Assembly (NCBI GenBank): GCA_963676915.2
Contig: CAXXVK010000027.1
Location: forward strand, 1-64,000
Direction of reading: 5' to 3'
DNA length: 64,000 nt
Origin: Myxococcota bacterium
Lineage (GTDB): Bacteria > Myxococcota_A > SURF-8 > G963663525
How positions within the stretch are numbered: position 1 is the first letter of the stretch; each line of letters opens with the position of its first letter. The translations under genes were made by a program, and so were the position numbers. Shown here piece by piece: positions 56,851-64,000 of the stretch. A model generated the notes under the pieces. It did not search any database and was not told where the DNA came from. It saw nothing but the letters and a program-made list of their open reading frames with translations.

Positions 56851-58329
56851 ATGAAAACATATTTCGTAACGTTTCTTCTGTCGCTGGGGGCGTCGTTGAT
56901 TCTAACGTGGGTAGCACGGGAATTGGCGAAAAAATTCCGTATTGTAGACGACTCCTTCGGAAGAAAAATCCATAGCGGCTCCATTCCCCGTCTCGGGGGA
57001 CCGGCTATTGCCATCGCCGTTTTCATTCCTACTTATGCGCTTTTTCTTTGGGACAATACCATTGCCGATGCCTGGAGGCAGAGTTCCATGCAGGCTCTGG
57101 CGATTCTGCTGGGTGGACTGGCCAGCGTCGGACTGGGCTTGTGGGACGATATCGGCTTCGTCCGTGCTCGTGTCAAACTGGTGGTTCAGATCCTGATCGC
57201 CTCCATGGCGTATTTCATTGGAATCCGTATTGAAAACATAAACTTACCGTTTATCGGTTTGTTGGATATGGGGGATTTTTCCTATTTCGTCACGGTGATC
57301 TGGATCATCAGCTTCATGAACGCCATCAATCTGATCGACGGAATGGACGGCCTGTGCGGTGGGGTGGTGTTCATCGCTTCGTTAGCGGTATTTGTTATAG
57401 CGCTGGTTAACGGATCGCTTCTTGTGGCGCTGTTTGCCGCAGCCATTGCCGGGTCCGTTTTGGGATTTCTCGTCTACAATTTCAACCCGGCTTCGATTTT
57501 CATGGGAGATTCGGGAAGTTATTTTCTGGGCTTCATCCTATCGGTGATTTCGATCATGGGATGCCAGAAAACCGGCGTTGCCGTGGCGGTTCTGGCACCG
57601 ATGCTGGCCATCGGACTGCCGATTATGGACACCTTTCTCGCCATTATCCGACGAGCACGTCAAGGCTTGCCACTAAGCGCACCGGACCGTGGACATATCC
57701 ACCATCGTCTGCTCGATCGTGGTTATTCCGACCGCCGGACGGTTGTGATTCTGTACTCGTTCAGCTTTTTTCTCGCAATGGGCGGTGTACTGACGGTTCT
57801 TGGACGAAACTGGGAAACCGGTCTGGCGCTGTTGTCGGTCCTGATTATGGTCGTCCTGATCGTCCGCATCGCCGGGATCAATATGTTTAAAAAGGCAGAG
57901 GTCGGTACGGCCTTCGCTTCGTCGAAAGAAGAACAGATCCGCGTCGAACTCATCGATTTGTACGCCAGACTGTTCGCTACAACAGACCGTGATGAAATGT
58001 ACCGTACAATGGAAGATTTCGGTCTGAAAACCGAACTATTCTACATGAAGCTCGTTGAGTTGAACGACAACGAACCGGCGACCCTGTGGGAATGGTCCCA
58101 CCCGGACAAACCGGGAGCCAGTGAAAAACTGCCGAAATTGACAGCGGACTTCGACGTGCAACGCAATGGGGACGCTCCATTGACCTGGACGATTGTCTGG
58201 CATTCCGAGTCGGCCATCGTCTCGTCGATGATCAAGACCCTGTTTTCCATCACTGCCGACGTTCTGTCCCGCGCCTTTGAATCGTCACAGGTCGCCGAGG
58301 GAGAATCCTCCGAAACGGCTGACGCCTGA
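56851..58329 (+). CDS. Polyprenyl-phosphate GlcNAc-1-P transferase (WecA/TagO, MraY family) with C-terminal extension
   Basis: RKIH...IPRLGG, GLWDD, NAINLIDGMDGL, NFNPASIFMGDSG, PDRGHIHHRL. Confidence 0.92.
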   Translation: MKTYFVTFLLSLGASLILTWVARELAKKFRIVDDSFGRKIHSGSIPRLGGPAIAIAVFIPTYALFLWDNTIADAWRQSSMQALAILLGGLASVGLGLWDDIGFVRARVKLVVQILIASMAYFIGIRIENINLPFIGLLDMGDFSYFVTVIWIISFMNAINLIDGMDGLCGGVVFIASLAVFVIALVNGSLLVALFAAAIAGSVLGFLVYNFNPASIFMGDSGSYFLGFILSVISIMGCQKTGVAVAVLAPMLAIGLPIMDTFLAIIRRARQGLPLSAPDRGHIHHRLLDRGYSDRRTVVILYSFSFFLAMGGVLTVLGRNWETGLALLSVLIMVVLIVRIAGINMFKKAEVGTAFASSKEEQIRVELIDLYARLFATTDRDEMYRTMEDFGLKTELFYMKLVELNDNEPATLWEWSHPDKPGASEKLPKLTADFDVQRNGDAPLTWTIVWHSESAIVSSMIKTLFSITADVLSRAFESSQVAEGESSETADA

Positions 58330-58338
58330 GAATCACAA

Positions 58339-58421
58339 GTAGGTCGGGCAAATTTCTTACCCGACACTTTGATTGTAAGCTGCAACTCTGAACTGTCGGG
58401 CAAGAAATTTGCCCGACCTAC
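58339..58421. repeat. REP doublet (REPIN), same family as 39364..39428
   Basis: 27-bp arms (1 mismatch) with a 29-bp spacer, between convergent genes. Confidence 0.87.
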
Positions 58422-58452
58422 TCAATTTAAAAACTGAAATAATTACGACTCG

Positions 58453-60195
58453 TTAGCGAATCGTCAGCTCTCCGTGGGTGGTGAAGCCGTCCTTGTGGCT
58501 CTCGGTGTAGACCGAAAACGTCTGGAAGGCTAACAAGGTCGGTAGAATCTCCGTTTCCCAGAACTTGAACACCTGATGAACCTGCGTGTTGCTGCATTTC
58601 GCATCGGGGCGGAGATGCTCCATGGATTTCGCGGCTTTGGGGAGATCCATGGAAAGCTGCATGACGCGGTTTTTCTCCTTGAACCCCTTGATTTTCTTGC
58701 GGTTTTTCATAGCTGTTTGCAAAGCGTCGGTTCCGATGCCCAGGAAAAAGACTTTTCCTTCGTAGCCGTATTGCAACGGAAGTCCCTGAAGGACGATCTC
58801 GAACAGTTTGCCACCTTTTCCGATGGGTTTGCGGTTAAGCTTCTGCTTGTCGGCAATGGCGTTGATTTTCCCGATCAGGGATTTCGGGGCGATCCCTTTT
58901 CGGATACCCGTGGCTGCGACCAAGCGGAAATGTCGCAGCAGATCCAGGTCGTCGAGTCCTTGTCCCATGCAGGCCGCTTCATCCAGCGGCGCGATCTCGT
59001 AAAGATTGACCAGCAGTTCGCCATTGGAGAGTTCGAAAAGGTCTTTACGGATGTTCAACCCGGTTTCTTTTTCGAATTCGGCTTCTACCTTATCGAAACT
59101 GCGGCTCCAGGCGGGAACGTCTTTCGACAGTTTCTCCACCCATTCCTTCGCCATGGCGAGAAAGCGTATCGATCCCAACGTATCGGGATTGAGTTTTAAA
59201 TTTTTGAGACGCGACACACCCGCAATACCCATCTGGCGGCTTAATTTGCTGACTTCCTTTTTCGGTCCGGTTACGGCGTGTACGAAAGCCAGTTTTTTGT
59301 TGTTGAAGGTCAGGCTTGCAATCTGGCCATTGAAGATTTTGGCCCAGTCCACGAGGGAATCGAGGTCGGCGATCGCCTCTTTTTGTTCCGCCGTTTCCGC
59401 CGATTGCCCGGCTTGTTCCTGAAGTCGTGAGACATTGCTTTGAATGTCCTTGAGATAGGCTTGATAATCGCCCACCTGCACCAGCGAGGAATCGGGCTCG
59501 ATCCGGTCGAGAAGGGCCGGAAAATAGGAGGTTTTTTTGAGGCTCTGATCCGGTTTCAAGCTCAACGCCGCTTTGAAATGCCGCTCGGACCATTCCTGGC
59601 TTCCAGGGAAAAACATGAGGTAAATCTTATCGTTACGCTTTGCAAGCGACAAAACGATTTGGGATTCCGGCGTACAGGAAAGCCGGAATTGCGTCAGTTC
59701 TGCATCCCATTTCGTTTCCGTTTCACAAGGTTTGGCGTTGCCTACGTTCAAAGCCAGCGTTTCGAGACTTTTCCTGGCTTTTGCCATGTCCGAAGTCGAG
59801 GCGATGATCAACGGTGGCCCTTCCTGTCCCAGCCCGAAGGCAACGAATCCTTTCGATACATCCAACCCGGATTGGTTGAGTTCCTCGGGATGGAAAGGAT
59901 TGTATCCGAAGGTACCTTTGATCGTTTGTTCGAACTGCACCATGTCGAACTTGGAACTGTTCGACGCGAATTTGACCAGCAGTTCGTTCAGGCTGACCAG
60001 TGAACGGTCGAAACGGGCGACGAGAAAGGCGTATCCGGCCTCGTTGGGAACGTCGGAAGCTAATGCTTCATAGCGGGCGCGTTCGTCGGCAGACGGTCCC
60101 TTGGCTTCTGCCGAAAACGATGTCCAGAAGGTCAATAACACGAAAAGCGGAAGAAAAATCGCTAGTCTGCGCTCGATACTCGGTTTTCGATTCAT
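58453..60195 (-). CDS. Secreted hypothetical protein (possibly DUF3352-like)
   Basis: Signal peptide ending SAEA; 580-aa ORF; domain call is tentative. Confidence 0.65.
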   Translation of the reverse strand: MNRKPSIERRLAIFLPLFVLLTFWTSFSAEAKGPSADERARYEALASDVPNEAGYAFLVARFDRSLVSLNELLVKFASNSSKFDMVQFEQTIKGTFGYNPFHPEELNQSGLDVSKGFVAFGLGQEGPPLIIASTSDMAKARKSLETLALNVGNAKPCETETKWDAELTQFRLSCTPESQIVLSLAKRNDKIYLMFFPGSQEWSERHFKAALSLKPDQSLKKTSYFPALLDRIEPDSSLVQVGDYQAYLKDIQSNVSRLQEQAGQSAETAEQKEAIADLDSLVDWAKIFNGQIASLTFNNKKLAFVHAVTGPKKEVSKLSRQMGIAGVSRLKNLKLNPDTLGSIRFLAMAKEWVEKLSKDVPAWSRSFDKVEAEFEKETGLNIRKDLFELSNGELLVNLYEIAPLDEAACMGQGLDDLDLLRHFRLVAATGIRKGIAPKSLIGKINAIADKQKLNRKPIGKGGKLFEIVLQGLPLQYGYEGKVFFLGIGTDALQTAMKNRKKIKGFKEKNRVMQLSMDLPKAAKSMEHLRPDAKCSNTQVHQVFKFWETEILPTLLAFQTFSVYTESHKDGFTTHGELTIR

Positions 60196-60267
60196 TTCAC
60201 GTCTTGTCCTCAAAACCTTAAACCCGGAAAATTCATTAAAAAGTACGAGAATGACTAATGTTCCAGG

Positions 60268-61794
60268 CTAACGGCAGTTTTTCCATTGCGAACTGAAGGT
60301 TTCCATTACGGTTTTCGCCGCCCTGCCTTGCAAAGGGCGCGGACCGTTCGCCCCGATGGCCAACGGCAGAAAATCATAGGAGATTATTCCCCGACGATTG
60401 ATTTCCACGACAAACGCCAACCCGGATGCGTCGCTGTTGCGGTCGTCGATCCAGACGCCGGGCGAGAAAAGCGCCACGCCGTTCACCGATTCCCGCACCA
60501 TGCGCGGCTTTTTCCCTCCTTGTCCGATCACGAGGGATGCGCCTTCCATCAACGCGGCATCGACCAGTCTACGTTCGTCTTGGGTGGGGCAGGCTTTTGA
60601 AGGCGTACCCCGTTCGAGAAAGACAATGGTGACATCCACCTGCGGAGCCAATGTCCGCACATCTTCCCGAATCATGTCTTCCAGTTGGAAAAGAGGTGCG
60701 TCGATACCGGCGAAGCCGGGTTGGGTATTCGTCGCAAAAGAATCTATAGGTAAGGTTAAGGTTTTGTCAACAAAGAGATACCCCAAAAAACCTACGCGAA
60801 TCCCCTGAATCGTTATCACCTGCGGGCTTCGTGCCGCAGCCAGATTTTCACCCGCGCCAAGGGTTCGAATGTTGGCACGGTGCAGGCTGCGAAGGCTGTC
60901 CATCAACGGACCTTTTCCGCACTGTGCCAGTTCGGGAGAAAAGGGGCTTAAAAGGTCGATTCCGCTTCCTTCGAACACGCCTTCGGCCTCGTGGGGAAGG
61001 TAGTGGGACCAGGAGCGAGTGCAGGAGGAGTCGAGCGATGTAAACGGTGTTGCGAGACGTGCCGCGAGAAAATCGACATCTTTCAGCACACGCAACGAAC
61101 TTCCGAAGGGATTGTTTTCCTTAAGGTTTTTTAGATTTCTTCGACTGGGATCGAAAGCGAGCGTTCCCAAAAACGCCAGCTTGGCCGTGCTCCCGCCCGA
61201 GCGAATCGCTCGATCATTTTGCAGTTGGACGACCTTGTTGGTACGGCCTGACTCGATGCGGCGTCGCGTAAGAAACAGGGAGCGCACGACACGTCCCGAG
61301 GTGAAGCGATCTACGCGGGAACGGAGATCGACTTCCTCTTTGTCGGATTCGTATAAAAAATCCTGCATGCTGCGTTTGGTGAACGGTTTTGCTACGGGAA
61401 GTGCTTGTTGTTTGGCTCTCGCTTTTTTACCGAAGCAGCTTTCCAGTGTTTTACGTATTTCGGAGACCGTGCGTTTTTTCGGTCGGTGAAACTCGTATTC
61501 GACTTTGTACAGTTCGTCGCTTTTGAAAAACACCGCAAGGCGAGCCTCGCCGAAGGGTGTAGACACGTTTTTGTGAAATTTCAGGATACGCGTTCGTTCG
61601 AAGGCATCGAGACCGTCGCTGGTGCGAACCAGGCCGCGTTCGGTGCGGGAAAACTCCGAATACGAGACGCCATACGGCATATCTCCGCAAGGCTCCAAAG
61701 CCCAAACAGCCCCCGGAAGAAAGAAAAACAAACATATCGAAACGAAAAGGAAACTCTTGCTCAAAAACGCCCTCTTTGTTAGCTTGAAAATCAT
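60268..61794 (-). CDS. Secreted CapA/PGA_cap-like protein with degenerate metallophosphoesterase motifs
   Basis: GAGENLAAARSP, GIRVGFLGY, ATNTQPG.A, GASLVIG scaffold present; ligand positions substituted. Confidence 0.75.
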   Translation of the reverse strand: MIFKLTKRAFLSKSFLFVSICLFFFLPGAVWALEPCGDMPYGVSYSEFSRTERGLVRTSDGLDAFERTRILKFHKNVSTPFGEARLAVFFKSDELYKVEYEFHRPKKRTVSEIRKTLESCFGKKARAKQQALPVAKPFTKRSMQDFLYESDKEEVDLRSRVDRFTSGRVVRSLFLTRRRIESGRTNKVVQLQNDRAIRSGGSTAKLAFLGTLAFDPSRRNLKNLKENNPFGSSLRVLKDVDFLAARLATPFTSLDSSCTRSWSHYLPHEAEGVFEGSGIDLLSPFSPELAQCGKGPLMDSLRSLHRANIRTLGAGENLAAARSPQVITIQGIRVGFLGYLFVDKTLTLPIDSFATNTQPGFAGIDAPLFQLEDMIREDVRTLAPQVDVTIVFLERGTPSKACPTQDERRLVDAALMEGASLVIGQGGKKPRMVRESVNGVALFSPGVWIDDRNSDASGLAFVVEINRRGIISYDFLPLAIGANGPRPLQGRAAKTVMETFSSQWKNCR

Positions 61795-61839
61795 CGACCT
61801 CTTACCCTAACACAACTTGAAGGCCGAAGCGAAAACAGC

Positions 61840-63492
61840 GTGAAAAAACCTTACAATTATAACTTATACTCAATTTATTTCCTGCTGTTTTTTTTAGCGT
61901 TGCCGTGGAGTGCCGATGCCGAGACGGCGGTGGAGGACCAGCTACAGGCGTTGTACAGCAATCGTCTGAACCTGCTGCCGAACGGCGAACCGGAGATCGC
62001 GGTCGGTATCAGTTGGAGTCAGGATCGCATCACCCTGTTGTTTCACGGACCTTCCCGAATGCAGGGACTTCGTCCCGGAGAAGCCTTAACCCTCGAAAAA
62101 AACTCGATTCTCAACATCGATGTTGCCAGAAGCACCCCCGGTAAAATGAATGTCTGGCTGGTGGTCGATACACTCGCCCGCAAAGATCAGAGCCGGATCG
62201 AAGAAACTCGAAAGAAGTGGAAAAAACGTGGTGTCGAGCTGACGTTGAAGCGCATCGGCGCGATGTTCGCCATCCGAGGGCAGGTGATACGCAACCGCCA
62301 ATACCTGATGGTCGCGGGTCCGTACAAAACGCGACAAGATGCCGAGCAGGAGCAGCATTCCTGGTGGCGACGCTGGGGAGAAAAAGCCCACCTGCACGAA
62401 GAGTTGTTGGAGCGTCCCACAGGGAAATTGCTGGTACGAGACTCTGAGAACGCCCCTTTGCTCGCGACCGGAGCCTATTTGTCGTTTACTCCGAACGACA
62501 AACAAGGACGGATCAGCGCGGTAGACGTGGATTTCGACATCGGTTTCAAAAACAAGCGTGGTCGCCGGAACTATCGCGGAACGTTGTACGTTACGATCGG
62601 TTCCGACGGGAAACTGGTGCTCGGAAACGTATTGCCACTGGAAGACGTGGCGATGGGTACGGTTCCGGCCGAGATTTTTTCCACTGCTCCGAGGGAAGCA
62701 CTCAAGGCACAGGCGGTGGCGGCGCGGGGACAATTGCTGGTCAAACTCGGCCTGCGCCACCTGGCCGATCCTTTCCAGGTCTGTGCCAGCCAGCATTGTC
62801 AGGTTTACGCGGGAGCGCTGGCCGAGAAGGAAAGCACCTCGAAAGCGGTAAAGGAAACACGGGGAGAGTTTTTGTTCCTGGATCACGTTCCCGTGGATAC
62901 GGTGTATTCGGCCCATTCTGGGGGGCATACCGAAAACAACGAAATCGTCTGGAACCAGACGCCTTCGCTTGCCCTACGCGGCGTTCCCGATGGCGACCCA
63001 CCGCCGGGGAGACTCGATAACCCTTCGTATTTGAAGCGTTTTCTGGATTTTCCACCGAAAAGTTTTTCCGGTTCCGCCGGGTACAACACCAAGCGCTTGC
63101 GATGGACACGAACGGTAGAGGCCGGCGTCATCGACGAAAAAGCCGATAAGGATTACAATACCGGCAAGATCCTCGGGATCGAAGTGATGGGGCGCGGAGT
63201 TTCCGGGCGCATGACCGGCCTGAAGCTGCGGGGAGAGAAACGGGAAATCATCGTCTGGCGGGAATTACCCATTCGGCGGTTGTTTGGCAATCTGCCTTCG
63301 GCGCTGGCGATTATCGAGGAAGAACGCGACGACCGGGGCCGGATTCTTCGCTATCGCATTCAGGGCGCGGGGTTTGGGCACGGCGTCGGCATGTGCCAGA
63401 CCGGGGCGATCGGTCGGGCCAAAGCCGGACAGGATTACCGCCAGATACTTCGAGCCTACTACGGTGGAGCCGAGTTGAAAAAGCTATATTGA
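61840..63492 (+). CDS. SpoIID/LytB-domain protein (peptidoglycan lytic transglycosylase-like)
   Basis: YRG.L, VPAEI, EALKAQAVAAR, CQVY.G, GFGHGVGMCQTGA, IL.AYY. Confidence 0.92.
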   Translation: MKKPYNYNLYSIYFLLFFLALPWSADAETAVEDQLQALYSNRLNLLPNGEPEIAVGISWSQDRITLLFHGPSRMQGLRPGEALTLEKNSILNIDVARSTPGKMNVWLVVDTLARKDQSRIEETRKKWKKRGVELTLKRIGAMFAIRGQVIRNRQYLMVAGPYKTRQDAEQEQHSWWRRWGEKAHLHEELLERPTGKLLVRDSENAPLLATGAYLSFTPNDKQGRISAVDVDFDIGFKNKRGRRNYRGTLYVTIGSDGKLVLGNVLPLEDVAMGTVPAEIFSTAPREALKAQAVAARGQLLVKLGLRHLADPFQVCASQHCQVYAGALAEKESTSKAVKETRGEFLFLDHVPVDTVYSAHSGGHTENNEIVWNQTPSLALRGVPDGDPPPGRLDNPSYLKRFLDFPPKSFSGSAGYNTKRLRWTRTVEAGVIDEKADKDYNTGKILGIEVMGRGVSGRMTGLKLRGEKREIIVWRELPIRRLFGNLPSALAIIEEERDDRGRILRYRIQGAGFGHGVGMCQTGAIGRAKAGQDYRQILRAYYGGAELKKLY

Positions 63493-63806
63493 TTCCGGTT
63501 TTCGTACCAATCGGCAACGAATGGCTCGGGTAGATTCGAATTGGATCTGAAGACCTTCGCCTTCTCGCGAAAGCTGCCCTTCAATGTCCCACGTATGGGT
63601 TTGAATCCTACGCTTTTTCTCTGTCATGTACATCTAACTATGCCTAATCATTTATGATTTTATCATAACAAGTCGAATAAGGAGTCACCTGTTGATTGGC
63701 TCCTCATCTCCTCCGACCGGCGATTTCTGATCGTACCGAATTCAAGCGAAGGAAAGGGGACGGGAAAATATTCTCCTCTCTTGAAAAAGAAAAAATCGAT
63801 AACATA

Positions 63807-63823
63807 TTTGTAAAACTTACAAA
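63807..63823. promoter_or_regulatory. Palindromic operator candidate
   Basis: TTTGTAA-AAC-TTACAAA ~60 nt upstream of the carboxylase start. Confidence 0.4.
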
Positions 63824-63880
63824 AGAATAATCATTCCTTTGTAAATATTCTAAGAAAAAGATCACTGGGCCGGAGGACTC

Positions 63881-64000
63881 ATGTTTTCGAAAATATTGAT
63901 CGCCAACCGTGGAGAAATCGCCGTTCGGGTTATGCGTACGGCCAAAGAGATGGGCATCTCGACGGTTGCCGTCTACTCGGATGCGGACCGCAGGGCGTTG
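63881..64000 (+). CDS. Biotin carboxylase subunit of an acyl-CoA carboxylase (5' part, runs off the window)
   Basis: [37 protein letters not shown]; RBS GGAGG. Confidence 0.93.
   Translation, partial: MFSKILIANRGEIAVRVMRTAKEMGISTVAVYSDADRRAL

Noticed and set aside
63529-63612. Possible further REP (CGTATGGGTTTGAATCCTACG)
   Set aside because: Single weak hairpin with no second copy in the window

Overview
Bacterial chromosomal window, probably from a deltaproteobacterial-type lineage (Myxococcota/Desulfobacterota-like). That placement is inferred from pilS-pilR-pilD-pilS2, nifU/nifS, the PlsC+SDR pair, DUF1571 and many Cys/Asp-rich lipoproteins. Housekeeping genes (murJ, trpF, tpl, galT, rpsF-rpsR-rplI, rho, nifUS, mreBCD, thpR, wecA-like, spoIID-like, start of a biotin carboxylase) alternate with large secreted proteins and lipoproteins. 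I see no rRNA, tRNA, CRISPR array, transposase, integrase or reverse transcriptase. About a dozen single-base frameshifts at short homopolymers, mostly in the first 9 kb and including essential murJ, look like long-read assembly errors. The most striking unexplained structure is intergenic: at least three REP/REPIN families, two of them enclosed in ~190-200 bp miniature elements bounded by terminal inverted repeats (TIRs). One of these elements has 16-bp TIRs and 9-bp target-site duplications (TSDs) at two loci, and at 27.2-27.5 kb it has inserted into another REP doublet, giving a three-level nest. Two apparent pseudo-enzymes also stand out (a hybrid histidine kinase lacking its phospho-acceptor His, and a CapA-like protein lacking its metal ligands), as does a Rho with a long Pro-rich N-terminal extension.
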